Of a DNA stretch of 64,000 nt, positions 9,724 through 22,403 are shown piece by piece. Within the stretch, counting starts at the first letter, position 1, and each line of letters opens with the position of its first letter. The stretch is from an uncultured Alphaproteobacteria bacterium (GTDB lineage: Bacteria > Pseudomonadota > Alphaproteobacteria > Rhizobiales > CAWCWK01), in contig CAWJFE010000001.1 in assembly GCA_963842125.1 (NCBI GenBank), positions 554,924 through 618,923 on the forward strand, given 5' to 3'. The notes under the pieces are model-generated. The model worked only from the letters and a program-made list of their open reading frames with translations. It was not told the origin of the DNA and did no database searches. The position numbers and the translations under genes were made by a program.

Positions 9724-11082
9724 TCAGGCGGCGTGCGCGTCCGCCGCGAACTGGACCGCCGCCTCGGTCCGCGCGGGGCGCGCATCGCCGGCGAAGGCGG
9801 CCCCGTCGACATCGTGGGAGGCGAGGGCGAACCGCGCCGCGTCGAGCGAGAGGGGCCGGCTCAGGAGATAGCCCTGCGCTTTCGACACGCCGAGCGAGCG
9901 CAGGACGCTCAACTCCGCCCCGGTCTCGACGCCTTCCGCGACGACCTGGATGCCGACTTCGTGCGCGAAGAGGACGAGAGCGGCCGCGAGGGCGCGCCTG
10001 GCCGCGTCGGTATCCACATCGCGCACCAGCGCCATGTCGAGCTTGATCACGTCGGGCTGTAGCTGGAGGATGTGGGTGAAGCTGGCATAGCCCGCGCCGG
10101 CATCGTCGACGGCGAGAACCAGCCCCGCGCGGCGCAAGGGGACGAGCGCGGCCTGGAGCGCCGTATAGTCGGCGACGGCGGCGTGTTCGGTGATCTCCAG
10201 CATCACGTGCGCCGGCCCCCGTGCGGCCATGAGGGCGGCGAACTCCGGCGAGACGATCGTCTCGGGCGCCGCGTTGATCGAGACGTAGGTGTCTCCGCCC
10301 AGCCGGTCGCGCCCGTCGAGCCCGGCATTGATCGCGGCGAGTTCGAGTTCGAGGCCGAGCCCCACCGAGGCGGCATCGTCGAACCATTCGTTGGGCGGCC
10401 GATAGGGCTCGCTCGTGAAGCGCGAGAGGCATTCGAAGCCGGCGATTCGGTCGGAGCCGAGATCCCAGATCGGCTGGAAGACGGCCGCGTGCCCCTTCGT
10501 GCCCATGAGGGCGCTGATCCGCGCGTGGACGACCCGCTCGGCCCGCTCGGCGGCGACCTCGCCCGCGACGTGCTGGCCGGCGAGGTCCGCAAAGAGACGC
10601 ATGGTGGCGAGATCGCGCGCGTTGAGCGAGGCGTTGGGCGTCGGGCTGAGGCAGCAGAACATGCCGTAGGTCTCGCCGTCCGGCAGCCGGATCGGCACGC
10701 TGACATGCGCCCCGATCGGTACGGCCTCGGTGATCGGCAGCGATGCGGCAAGCGCGTTTTCCGACGTGTCGGGAATGAGCTCGGGCAGGTCGCCGGCGAG
10801 AATGTGCGGGCAGTACACGTCCGCCATATCGCGCGCATCGCCCGCCTTGATGAGGTGTTCGAGACCGGGCGCGTCGACATGGCGGAAGACGGACTGCGTG
10901 CCGACGATCTCGGAGAGGTAGGCGACCTCCATGCCGAGGTGCTCGCGGACGGCCCGCAACGCACGCGCGATGACGGCGGGCGCGTCGCCAGTCCCGCCGA
11001 CGACGATCTCAGCCATGCCTGCGCGGGTGTCCGTAGATGCGTCTGCAGGGGCTGATGTCGGGCATTGCGAGGCGTTCGTCAT
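9724..11082 (-). CDS. GAF-EAL domain protein (c-di-GMP phosphodiesterase-like)
   Basis: N-terminal GAF-like region (LGMEVAYLSEIVG...), then an EAL domain: FQPIWDL...GFECLSRF, DDAGAGYAS, KLDMALVRD, AEGVET. Confidence 0.8.
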   Translation of the reverse strand: MTNASQCPTSAPADASTDTRAGMAEIVVGGTGDAPAVIARALRAVREHLGMEVAYLSEIVGTQSVFRHVDAPGLEHLIKAGDARDMADVYCPHILAGDLPELIPDTSENALAASLPITEAVPIGAHVSVPIRLPDGETYGMFCCLSPTPNASLNARDLATMRLFADLAGQHVAGEVAAERAERVVHARISALMGTKGHAAVFQPIWDLGSDRIAGFECLSRFTSEPYRPPNEWFDDAASVGLGLELELAAINAGLDGRDRLGGDTYVSINAAPETIVSPEFAALMAARGPAHVMLEITEHAAVADYTALQAALVPLRRAGLVLAVDDAGAGYASFTHILQLQPDVIKLDMALVRDVDTDAARRALAAALVLFAHEVGIQVVAEGVETGAELSVLRSLGVSKAQGYLLSRPLSLDAARFALASHDVDGAAFAGDARPARTEAAVQFAADAHAA

Positions 11083-11349
11083 GGCGGGACCGGGCTCGTA
11101 GGAAAGATCGTTGGCCGCGAGCCTAGAGCGCCTCTACCTAAGGTCGGGTTAGCTCGTTTGGTTAAGCCCGATAGTCGAATTTCCCCGGGTCGCGCGATGT
11201 CTGATCGGCGTGTGGCATGCGAACGGCTCTCGCGAGGCTGGCCGTGCCATGATAGGAACGCGCTGCGTCACCGGTCCGCCGGTCCGCGACCGCCACGATC
11301 AATCCGGCCGCCCGACGCCGAGGGGGCCTTGCCGCAGGAGCCCCCCACG

Positions 11350-12405
11350 ATGTCCGACTGGACGCCCGCCGCCATCAAAGCTCGGCACATCCCCTATGCC
11401 GACCTGAAGCCCTGCCTCAATGCCTTCGTCGATGCGCGCACGCCGGGCTCCGACGCCAAGGAGAATTTCACGATCATCGGCCCCGGCGTCTCGGAGAACC
11501 CGCTCCAGCACGTCCACTTGCCCGAACCGCACGGCTTCAACATCGGCGGCGCGCGCCAGCCGGCCGGCTGCCTCAACTCGCAGCACAGCCACGAGACGGC
11601 CGAGGTCTTCATCGTCCATTCCGGCCGCTGGCGCTTCATGTGGGGCCCCGAGGGCGACGATGGCGACGTGATCCTCGAGAAGGGCGACGTCATCTCGCTG
11701 CCGATCCACATGTTTCGCGGCTTCGAGAACATCACCGAGGACGAGGCCGAACCCTCCTTCCTCTTCGCGGTGCTGGGGCGCGACGACCCGGGCCGCGTGA
11801 CCTGGACGCCGTCCGTCTTCGACCTCGCCAAGGATTACGGCCTCGTCCTCCTCAAGGGCGGCCGGCTCGTCGATACCACGCAGGGCGAGACCGTGCCCGA
11901 CGGCGCGACCCGCGAGACGCCGCCCGACGCCGAGGCCATCCAGCGGCTCGCCAGCCCGTCCGACGCCGATATGCTGAAGGGCGTCGTCCGTTTTGCCGAC
12001 ATCGCGGCCAATCGGACATCGCCGATCGCCGCTGACGGCGTATCGGAGGCGCCCATCATCACACCCGAAGCGACCGGGGACGGCTTCGCGCCCGGCCCGA
12101 TCACGGGCTGGTGGCCGCACGGCTTCAACCTCCGGCTCTTGCGCGCCGAGCCCGGTGCAGCGACGGCGATGCATGCGCGCGAGGAGGAGGAGGTGATCCT
12201 GATGCAATCGGGCACGCTCACCCTCTCCTGGCGGCACGGCGACCATACGCACCAACTCGTCCTCGGCCCCGGCGACGCCTTCTCGACGCCCAAGGGCCTC
12301 GTCCACGCCTTCTCCGCCTCGGGCGACGAGCCCGCCATCGCCTATGTCGTGCGCGGCGGCGACGCGCCGGCCATGCCGGTGCTGGAGACCCGCAGCGCCG
12401 CCTGA
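11350..12405 (+). CDS. bicupin protein
   Basis: Two cupin-like modules (SQHSHETAEVFIVHSGRWRF and MHAREEEEVILMQSGTLTLSW). Start at MSDWTPAAIK (11350); the upstream part of the ORF looks non-coding. Confidence 0.6.
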   Translation: MSDWTPAAIKARHIPYADLKPCLNAFVDARTPGSDAKENFTIIGPGVSENPLQHVHLPEPHGFNIGGARQPAGCLNSQHSHETAEVFIVHSGRWRFMWGPEGDDGDVILEKGDVISLPIHMFRGFENITEDEAEPSFLFAVLGRDDPGRVTWTPSVFDLAKDYGLVLLKGGRLVDTTQGETVPDGATRETPPDAEAIQRLASPSDADMLKGVVRFADIAANRTSPIAADGVSEAPIITPEATGDGFAPGPITGWWPHGFNLRLLRAEPGAATAMHAREEEEVILMQSGTLTLSWRHGDHTHQLVLGPGDAFSTPKGLVHAFSASGDEPAIAYVVRGGDAPAMPVLETRSAA

Positions 12406-12413
12406 CCCCTGAC

Positions 12414-12441
12414 GCTTGCCGCTTGCCGCTTGCCGCTTGCC
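12414..12441. repeat. heptanucleotide tandem repeat (GCTTGCC)x4
   Basis: Four perfect head-to-tail copies read directly at 12414-12441, in the spacer between the bicupin and MetE-like genes. Followed by an 8-bp stem hairpin, ggcgtgag(12469-76)/ctcacgcc(12493-500). Confidence 0.9.
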
Positions 12442-12544
12442 GCGCAAGGCATAGCGCTTGTCGGACGAGGCGTGAGCGTGCCAGACAGGCAACTCACGCC
12501 TTCGTGATCGCGGGGGCCGCAGACGACACGGCTTGAGAGACCCG

Positions 12545-13678
12545 ATGCCCGATACCATCCGCACCACCCATGTCGGCTCGCTGCCGCGCTCCGAAGCCGT
12601 GACCGAGGTGCTCTTCGGCATCGAGACCGGCGATGCCGTCTCGGCGGAGCGCTTCGAGACGGTCGTCGGCCAGGCCACGCTCGACGTCGTGGCGCGCCAG
12701 CGTCTGGTGGGCATCGACATGCCGTCCGATGGCGAGATGAGCAAGATCTCCTACGCGACCTATATCGCCGACCGGCTGACCGGCTTCGAGGGCGACAGCC
12801 CGCGCCGCGCGCCGGCCGACCTCAAGGACTTTCCCTCCTATCTCGACAAGATCGCCAAGGCGGGCGGCACGCCGACCTACAAGCGCCCGCGCTGCGTAGG
12901 GCCCATCGAGGTGAAGACGCTGGAGCCTCTCCACGACGACATCCGCCGCTTTCGCGCAGGCCTCGACGCGGCCGGATACGAGACCGGGTTCATGAACTCG
13001 GCCAGCCCCGGCGTCATCGCGCTCTTCCAGCCCTCCGACCATCACGCGAGCCACGAGGCCTACCTCACCGACCTCGCCGACGCGATGCACCACGAGTACA
13101 AGGCGATCGTCGACGCGGGGCTCTTCCTGCAAATCGACGCGCCCGACCTCGCGCTCGGCCGGCACATGATGTTCACCGACCTCACGGACGACGAATTCGT
13201 CGACAACGCGAAGCGCCATGTCGACATCCTCAACCGCGCGCTCGACGGTATCGATGCGTCCCGAGTGCGGATGCATGTCTGCTGGGGCAATTACGAGGGC
13301 CCGCACACGCACGACATCCCGATGAGCAAGATCCTGCCGACCGTGCTCGAGGCCGCGCCGCGCACCCTTCTCTTCGAGGGCGCCAATCCGCGCCACGCGC
13401 ATGAATGGCGGGTCTGGCGCGATATCGACGTGCCCTCCGGCTATACGCTCGTGCCGGGCGTGCTCGATACATCGAGCAACTATGTCGAGCACCCCGACCT
13501 CGTCGCGGAACGGCTGGAGCGCTTCTCCGACATCGTCGGGCCGGCGCAGCTCATGGCCGGCTCCGATTGCGGCTTCGCGACCTTTGCCGGCTTCGGCGCC
13601 GTCGATGCCGAGATCGCCTGGGCCAAGCTCGAAAGCCTGTCTAAGGGCGTAGAAGTCGCCAACGCGCGGCGCGGGTGA
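12545..13678 (+). CDS. cobalamin-independent methionine synthase (MetE C-terminal domain)-like methyltransferase
   Basis: MPDTIRTTHVGSLPR N-terminus, HVCWGNYEG and GSDCGFATF metal-ligand-like motifs typical of the single-domain MetE-like family. A TTG at 12533 is an alternative start. Confidence 0.75.
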   Translation: MPDTIRTTHVGSLPRSEAVTEVLFGIETGDAVSAERFETVVGQATLDVVARQRLVGIDMPSDGEMSKISYATYIADRLTGFEGDSPRRAPADLKDFPSYLDKIAKAGGTPTYKRPRCVGPIEVKTLEPLHDDIRRFRAGLDAAGYETGFMNSASPGVIALFQPSDHHASHEAYLTDLADAMHHEYKAIVDAGLFLQIDAPDLALGRHMMFTDLTDDEFVDNAKRHVDILNRALDGIDASRVRMHVCWGNYEGPHTHDIPMSKILPTVLEAAPRTLLFEGANPRHAHEWRVWRDIDVPSGYTLVPGVLDTSSNYVEHPDLVAERLERFSDIVGPAQLMAGSDCGFATFAGFGAVDAEIAWAKLESLSKGVEVANARRG

Positions 13679-14121
13679 TGGTCTCGCAGGACGTGTCGCG
13701 AGAGCCGAGCTGCCCACTCTGCGGGGTGCTGGACACGCGCCCGCCCGGCTTCGTCGCCGACATGGCGGCGTCCGCGCTCATCGTCGATCCCGTGCAGCGC
13801 TATCCCGGCAAGGCGACGCTCATCGCCGGCACCCACCTCACCGCCGGCGCCATGCTGGACGAGACCGATGCCGACCTTCTCGCGCTCCACGCCGACATGC
13901 TGCGCGCCGCCCGCGCGGTGAAGGCGATGACGGGCGCGGCACGGATCAACATGGCGCTCTTCGCCAACACGGCCCCGCACGTCCACTGGCACCTCGTGCC
14001 CCGCTTCGACGACGGCGACACGACCCCGCCCGACCTTGCGGCCGGCGCACCGATCGCGGCGGACGATGCGCTGCGAAGCCTGGCGGAGCGGCTGCGAGCC
14101 GCGCTCGGCGCGGACGCATGA
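13675..14121 (+). CDS. HIT (histidine triad) family protein
   Basis: Histidine triad HVHWHLVPR. GTGATG start overlaps the upstream stop codon. Confidence 0.8.
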   Translation: MMVSQDVSREPSCPLCGVLDTRPPGFVADMAASALIVDPVQRYPGKATLIAGTHLTAGAMLDETDADLLALHADMLRAARAVKAMTGAARINMALFANTAPHVHWHLVPRFDDGDTTPPDLAAGAPIAADDALRSLAERLRAALGADA

Positions 14122-14810
14122 CGGCGGAGCCGCTCATCCTCCTGCCGGGGATGATGTGCGACGCGCGCCTCTTCTCGCCCCAGACGAGCGCCATCCCCCC
14201 TGCCATCGCCTGGGACGCACCGCGCGAGGAGACGATCGAGGACATGGCCGAGGCGGTGCTGGCGGCCGCGCCCGAGCGGTTCGCGCTGGCCGGACTCTCG
14301 ATGGGCGGCATCGTCGCGATGGAGATCGTCGCCCGCGCGCCCGAACGCATCAGCCGCCTCGCGCTTCTCGACACCAACCACCGCGCCGAGACGCCGGATC
14401 GCCGCATCGCACGCGCCCCGCAGATCGCGGCTGCGATGGCGGGCGGGCTGGAGGCTGTGATGGTCGAGGAGATGAAGCCCGCCTATCTCGCACCCGATCA
14501 TCCCGGCGCCGCGGCCATCCTCGCTCTCGTGCGTGACATGGCGCTCGACCTCGGCCCGGAGGTCTTCCGCGCCCAGTCGCTCGCCCTGCGCGATCGGGCG
14601 GACTACACCGAGACACTGCGCGAGGTCTGCGTCCCGACCCTCGTCCTCGTCGGCGCACACGACCGGCTCTGCCCGGTGGCACGGCACGAGGCGATGCGGG
14701 ACCTCGTCCCGGGCGCGCGTCTCGTCGTGGTCGAGGGCGCTGGCCATCTCACCACGCTCGAGGCGCCGGACGCGGTGACGACGGCGCTGCGGCACTGGTC
14801 AGAATGGTGA
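14118..14810 (+). CDS. alpha/beta-fold hydrolase
   Basis: LLPGMMCD start, nucleophile elbow GLSMGG, C-terminal GAGHL. ATGA overlap with the HIT gene. Confidence 0.8.
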   Translation: MTAEPLILLPGMMCDARLFSPQTSAIPPAIAWDAPREETIEDMAEAVLAAAPERFALAGLSMGGIVAMEIVARAPERISRLALLDTNHRAETPDRRIARAPQIAAAMAGGLEAVMVEEMKPAYLAPDHPGAAAILALVRDMALDLGPEVFRAQSLALRDRADYTETLREVCVPTLVLVGAHDRLCPVARHEAMRDLVPGARLVVVEGAGHLTTLEAPDAVTTALRHWSEW

Positions 14811-14937
14811 TCGCGCGGCGGTGGGGGCCTTTGGGCAAGAGCCGGTGCAGAGCGCTTGCCGCGCCTTGCCGAGAGGCAAGCCCGCTCCCCTACCAATCCC
14901 GCTTCCCTACGCGGACCAATAGGGTCGGAGAAGCGCT

Positions 14938-15162
14938 CTAGCTCGCGGTGCCCGGCTCGGTCACGAAGGGGGCGTTGGCGACGCGCTTGTACAGTTCGGC
15001 GAGCGTCTCGCCCAGCGTACCGACGATGACGACGATGGCGAGGCAGATGAGGGACGCCACGAGGGCGTATTCGACGGCCGTGGCGCCGCTCTCGTCGCGC
15101 GCGAACCGGGCGAGCGTGCGCGTCCAGCGGGGGGCGCATCCGGCGATTCGGTCATCGTTCAT
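14938..15162 (-). CDS. flp: Flp/Fap family type IVb pilin
   Basis: RFARDESGATAVEYALVASLICLAIVVIVG is the Flp leader-cleavage and hydrophobic core motif (G/ATAVEY). 74 aa from the ATG at 15162, 17 bp downstream of mutT. Confidence 0.7.
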   Translation of the reverse strand: MNDDRIAGCAPRWTRTLARFARDESGATAVEYALVASLICLAIVVIVGTLGETLAELYKRVANAPFVTEPGTAS

Positions 15163-15179
15163 AGGCCGGCCCTTCACCC

Positions 15180-15581
15180 TCACAACAGGTCGCACAGCGC
15201 GGGAATGAGGGGAGCGTCGGCGGGAGGCATCGGATAGGCCCGCAATTCATGCGGGCGGACCCATGTCAGGCCGTCATGCTCCCGCGCGCGGGGCGTGCCG
15301 GACCACTTCCGGCAGACATAGAGGAGCATCAAGAGATGAAAATCCTCATAAGCGTGGCTGACGAAGGACAGCGGCGCGATGCAGGCCTCGGTCACGTCGA
15401 TGCCGAGTTCCTCGTCGAGCTCTCTGACGAGGGCGGCCTCGGGCGTCTCGCCGGCCTCGACCTTGCCGCCCGGGAACTCCCAGAGACCCGCCATCCCCTT
15501 GCCCGCCGGGCGTTTGGCGATGAGGACGCGCCGGTCCGCATCGATGAGCGCGACGGCGGAGACGAGGACGGTCGCGGCCAT
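15180..15581 (-). CDS. mutT: 8-oxo-dGTP diphosphatase / Nudix hydrolase
   Basis: Nudix box GGKVEAGETPEAALVRELDEELGI. 133 aa from [14 protein letters not shown]. Confidence 0.85.
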   Translation of the reverse strand: MAATVLVSAVALIDADRRVLIAKRPAGKGMAGLWEFPGGKVEAGETPEAALVRELDEELGIDVTEACIAPLSFVSHAYEDFHLLMLLYVCRKWSGTPRAREHDGLTWVRPHELRAYPMPPADAPLIPALCDLL

Positions 15582-16375
15582 CAGGCGCGGCTCCAATAGC
15601 GATAGCGGTAGATGTCGGCGAGGCCGTAGCCGGCATAGAGGGCGCGCGCGGGCGCGTTGCCGGCCTCGACAGCGATCCAGAATCGGGACGCTTCCTCGGC
15701 GCGACCCCAATCGAGCGCCGCCGCCATCGCGCGCCGGGCATGCCCGCGCCGCCGCCTCTCGGGGTGGGTCGCGACGTTGTGGACGGTCAGCATGCCCCGG
15801 TGCAATCCGGCCTGCACGACGGCGGCCGGACCGTCGGCGTCCTCGACCGCGATATAGCGCGCCGGCGTCGCCATGGCGGAGAGCATGCGGAGGACCGCAT
15901 CCCCGCCCGACGCGATCCGGGGCGAGCATTGGCGCGCCGCCTCGATCCAGGGGCCATCCGGCGTATCGAAGCCGCGAACCTGCGCGCCATGGCCTTCGGT
16001 TCCGATGTCATCCGCGTTCGGGGCGGGAAGCCGGCCGTGGAGCATGTGGGTCGCCTGGCCCGGCCCATAGCCTCGCTCGCGCAGAGCGCCCCGAACGGCA
16101 GCCGGCATCAGCGGCGTTTCGCGAAAGACGGGCACGAGGCCCTGCCCCCCGAAGACGCTCTCCGCCCAGGCGATGCGCGCCTCCACGTCGTCGTCATCGC
16201 CGGGATCGAGGATGGTGACCGCATTGGCGCGCCCGCTGAACCCCTCGGCCGTGCGCACCAGCCAGGCCCCCTCGATCGCCGTGCGGATGGCGGGCCAGGT
16301 GCTCATCAAGGCCGATTCGATCTCGCGCACCAGGGCCGTGGCGGGCCGGGATGACGGCTCGCCGGCCTCCGTCAA
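15581..16375 (-). CDS. GNAT family N-acetyltransferase
   Basis: [28 protein letters not shown]-terminal module, then an acetyl-CoA motif region ([14 protein letters not shown]). Stop overlaps the mutT start (ATGA). Start uncertain: TTG 16375 (overlapping the argJ stop) or GTG 16330. Confidence 0.7.
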   Translation of the reverse strand: MTEAGEPSSRPATALVREIESALMSTWPAIRTAIEGAWLVRTAEGFSGRANAVTILDPGDDDDVEARIAWAESVFGGQGLVPVFRETPLMPAAVRGALRERGYGPGQATHMLHGRLPAPNADDIGTEGHGAQVRGFDTPDGPWIEAARQCSPRIASGGDAVLRMLSAMATPARYIAVEDADGPAAVVQAGLHRGMLTVHNVATHPERRRRGHARRAMAAALDWGRAEEASRFWIAVEAGNAPARALYAGYGLADIYRYRYWSRA

Positions 16376-17649
16376 CTCCGGTAGTCCGCGTTGATGTCGA
16401 TATAGCCATGCGTGAGGTCGCACGTCCAAGCGGTGTAGGTGCCGTAGCCGATGCCGAGATCGACGCGGATCGCGATCTCCTGGTTCTTCATGACGGCGGA
16501 CGCGACGGCCTCGTCATAGTCCGGATCGCGCAGGCCCTCATGGGCGACGCGCACGCCCCCGAACCAGATCGAGAGCCGATCGCGATTGGCCGGCTCGCCC
16601 GCCTTGCCGACGGCCATGACGACGCGGCCCCAATTGGCGTCCTCGCCCGCGATGGCGGTCTTGACGAGGGGCGAGTTGGCGATGCTCATCGCGACCCGCC
16701 GGGCCGAAGCGTCGGATTTCGCGCCCTCGACGCGCACCGTGACGAGCTTGGTCGCGCCCTCCCCGTCGCGCACCGTCAGCTGCGCCAGCTCGTGGAGGAG
16801 ATCGTGGAGGGCTGCGGAGAGGCTAGCCGCGCGGGGATCGTCCTCGCTTTCGATGGGCGTCATGCCGCTCGCGCCGGTGGCGAAGGCGAGGAGCGTGTCG
16901 CTGGTCGAGGTGTCGCCGTCGACCGTGATGGCGTTGAACGTCGTCTCGGTGTGCCGCTCCAGAAGGACCTGCAACACGTCCCGCGTGACGGCGGCATCGG
17001 TGAAGACGAAGGCGAGCATGGTCGCGGTCCCGCCCGCTGGCACGGGGTCGGGGCCGGCCATGTCGGGCGCGATCATGCCCGAACCCTTGGCGATGCCGGA
17101 GAGGGTGATCGCGGCGCCGTCGAGATCGATCGTGCGCGAGGCCGCCTTCGGATAGGTGTCCGTCGTCATGATGGTCGCGGCGGCATCCTTCAGCGCATCG
17201 GCGCCTTCCGAGACGGCGGCGCAGGTCTTCGCCAGCGTATCGGCGAAGGCGCCGACCTCCATCGGCTCGCCGATGACGCCCGTCGAGGCGAGCCAGACGC
17301 CGCCGGGTCCGCAGCCGATGGCCTCGGACGCGATCCGCGCCGTCTCCTCGACCGCCTCGATACCCCGCCGGCCGGTGAAGGCATTGGCATTGCCGGCGTT
17401 GACGACGAGCACGCGGGCCGGATCGCGCGTCGCGGCCCGAGCGCGGCACCACTCGACCGGGGCGGAGGCGCAGGCCGAGCGGGTGAAGACGCCGGCGACC
17501 GTCGCCGGCCGATCGAAGACCGCGACCATCAGATCCCGGCGCCCCCGATAGCGGATGCCCGCCTCGACGCTCGCGAAGCGCACGCCCGGCACGGCCAGCG
17601 GCACGGCATCCTCTGCGGGGCCGAGCGGGGAGCGGGTAAGGGTCGGCAT
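16372..17649 (-). CDS. argJ: bifunctional glutamate N-acetyltransferase / amino-acid acetyltransferase
   Basis: Autoprocessing site [25 protein letters not shown]-terminal [13 protein letters not shown] at 17649 is preceded by GGAGA. Confidence 0.9.
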   Translation of the reverse strand: MPTLTRSPLGPAEDAVPLAVPGVRFASVEAGIRYRGRRDLMVAVFDRPATVAGVFTRSACASAPVEWCRARAATRDPARVLVVNAGNANAFTGRRGIEAVEETARIASEAIGCGPGGVWLASTGVIGEPMEVGAFADTLAKTCAAVSEGADALKDAAATIMTTDTYPKAASRTIDLDGAAITLSGIAKGSGMIAPDMAGPDPVPAGGTATMLAFVFTDAAVTRDVLQVLLERHTETTFNAITVDGDTSTSDTLLAFATGASGMTPIESEDDPRAASLSAALHDLLHELAQLTVRDGEGATKLVTVRVEGAKSDASARRVAMSIANSPLVKTAIAGEDANWGRVVMAVGKAGEPANRDRLSIWFGGVRVAHEGLRDPDYDEAVASAVMKNQEIAIRVDLGIGYGTYTAWTCDLTHGYIDINADYRS

Positions 17650-17844
17650 CAGCGGGTCTCCTGACAAGGGCGGCAAGGCGGCACTCGTCTCGCACGGACC
17701 GGCTTTAGCAGGGCGATGGACGGGCGGTCGAGATGGGGGCCCGAGCGCTGCGCCGCCCCGACTGCGTGCAACCGCCTACTATTCAGGCTTCGCGTCCCGC
17801 CCTCCCGGCGCTATCGGCAGTCCGCAACGCAGGAGTCCCGACCC

Positions 17845-18354
17845 GTGAACAAGCCCATGAATAAGCCGATGGACAGACCGGCGCTCGACATCCGCATCGA
17901 CGACGTGACCGGCCCGGAGGTCATCGCCCTTCTCACCCGCCATCTCGACGAGATGCATGCGCTCACCCCGGCCGAGAGCGTCCACGCACTCGATCTCGGC
18001 GGCTTGCGCGCGCCCGACCTCACGCTCTGGACGGCCTGGAGCGACACGGACCGGGACGGCGGCACGCTTCTCGGCTGCGGCGCCCTGAAGGCGATCGGGC
18101 CGGAGCATGGCGAGCTCAAGTCCTTCCACACGACCTCGGCCGCACGCGGGCGGGGGGTGGCGACCGCCCTCCTCGCCGTCATCATGGACGAGGCTCGCAC
18201 GCGGGGCTATCGCCGGCTCAGCCTCGAGACGGGCCGGCCGGCGAGCTTCAAGGCGGCGCAGACGCTCTATGCGCGCCATGGGTTCGCCGAATGCCCGCCC
18301 TTCGGCGACTATCGGGACGACCCGCACAGCCTCTTCATGACACGCGCGCTCTAG
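17845..18354 (+). CDS. GNAT family N-acetyltransferase
   Basis: GELKSFHTTSAARGRGVATALL acetyl-CoA binding motif. GTG at 17845 lies 9 nt after AGGAG. ATG alternatives at 17857 and 17869. Confidence 0.75.
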   Translation: MNKPMNKPMDRPALDIRIDDVTGPEVIALLTRHLDEMHALTPAESVHALDLGGLRAPDLTLWTAWSDTDRDGGTLLGCGALKAIGPEHGELKSFHTTSAARGRGVATALLAVIMDEARTRGYRRLSLETGRPASFKAAQTLYARHGFAECPPFGDYRDDPHSLFMTRAL

Positions 18355-18413
18355 AGGCCGATCGGCATGACGCGTGCTCTCTAGGCGCTACCCGGCACGG
18401 CGCGCGCTGACGC

Positions 18414-19298
18414 CTATTGCGGGGCGGGGGCTTCGGTGGCGGCGTCTGCAGGCGCAGCCTCGACCGGGACGGGGTCGGCCCGCGTGATCTCGGCGCCCGC
18501 GCGCAGCCGCTCGATATAAGCCTGCTGCGCCTGGCGACCCAGCACTTCGCGGATCTGTCCCTCGACCGTCTCGAAGGCCGGCGGAGCGATGTCGCGCCGG
18601 TCCTCGGACTTGATGACGTGATAGCCGAACTGGCTCTGGACGGGCGCGGAAACGCCGCCGGGCTCGAGCTCGAAGGCCGCCGTCTCGAAGGCCGGCACCA
18701 TGCGCCCGCGCCCGAAATAGCCGAGATCGCCGCCGCTGCCCTTGCCGGAGGGATCGATGGTCAGCTCGTCGGCCAGCGCCTCGAAATCCTCACCCGCCTC
18801 CAGTCGCTCCACGACGGCCTGCGCCTCCTCCTCGGTCTCGACGAGGATGTGGCGGGCGCGAACCTCCTGCTGCACGGGCGCGCTCGCGACCTGTTCGTCG
18901 TAGAAGGCGCGCAGGCCCTCGTCGGTGACGGCGGTGGCGAGGTTGGCGGCCAGCGCCTCCTCCATCAGCGCGCGCTTGCGGAGCTGCTCCAGCCGGGCGC
19001 CATAGGCCTCGGTCTGATCGAGCCCCTGCGCGCTCGCATCCTGCGCGAGAAGCTCGGCATCGACGAGGAAGTCGAGGACGAAGCCGTCGCGCTGCTCGGG
19101 CGGCACCTGGGCCGGGATGGCGGCGGCGATCTCGCCGCGCGCGGCCTCGATCTGCGCCTGCGTGATCGGAACGCCGTTGACGCTCGCCAAAGGCTCCTGC
19201 GCCATCGCGGGCAAGGCCAGCGTCATCGCGAGCGCGGTGCCTACGAGAAGACGCGAAAGGCGGGGCAAGGTCGGGCGGGACAGGATAGATCGGGGCAT
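18414..19298 (-). CDS. periplasmic parvulin-type peptidyl-prolyl cis-trans isomerase (SurA/PpiC-like)
   Basis: Signal peptide LLVGTALAMTLALPAMAQ. Parvulin core RARHILV...GGDLGYFGRGRMVPAFE...FGYHVIK. Confidence 0.8.
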   Translation of the reverse strand: MPRSILSRPTLPRLSRLLVGTALAMTLALPAMAQEPLASVNGVPITQAQIEAARGEIAAAIPAQVPPEQRDGFVLDFLVDAELLAQDASAQGLDQTEAYGARLEQLRKRALMEEALAANLATAVTDEGLRAFYDEQVASAPVQQEVRARHILVETEEEAQAVVERLEAGEDFEALADELTIDPSGKGSGGDLGYFGRGRMVPAFETAAFELEPGGVSAPVQSQFGYHVIKSEDRRDIAPPAFETVEGQIREVLGRQAQQAYIERLRAGAEITRADPVPVEAAPADAATEAPAPQ

Positions 19299-19606
19299 GA
19301 CGGGTCCGGTGGTGAGGAATGGGACGGGGCGCGGGCGGCGCTCGGGAGAAGGAACGCCGCCGCCGGCCGGAAGGTTCATCGCGCATCACACCATCGCCGG
19401 CTAGCCTGCCTTTTCCGTGAAATCTCCGTCATGCGAGGCGGTTGATGCACGCTTGCGCGGGCGTTCTCGTTGACAGGACCGGGGGGCGCCCATACCTCTG
19501 CCGGCAATGCGCGGGCCCTCGAAGTCCCGCGCTGGAGCCAATCCTCCGCCGCCGTGTGGCCGACAGGCCCGGCGCGGGTTTCGACATTGATATATCTGGA
19601 GTTCCC

Positions 19607-22360
<2,754 letters not shown>

Positions 22361-22403
22361 GGTCAGCTCTGGCGTCGCCTCCGAGCGTCTGGCGCCGGCA
22401 CCG

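Noticed and set aside
19470-19498. Sigma-70-type promoter for secA (TTGACA-N17-TACCTC), and TTGACC-N18-TAGCGT upstream of ihfA
   Set aside because: Each has a good -35 hexamer but a weak -10. Without transcript-start data the support is too thin to report as a feature.
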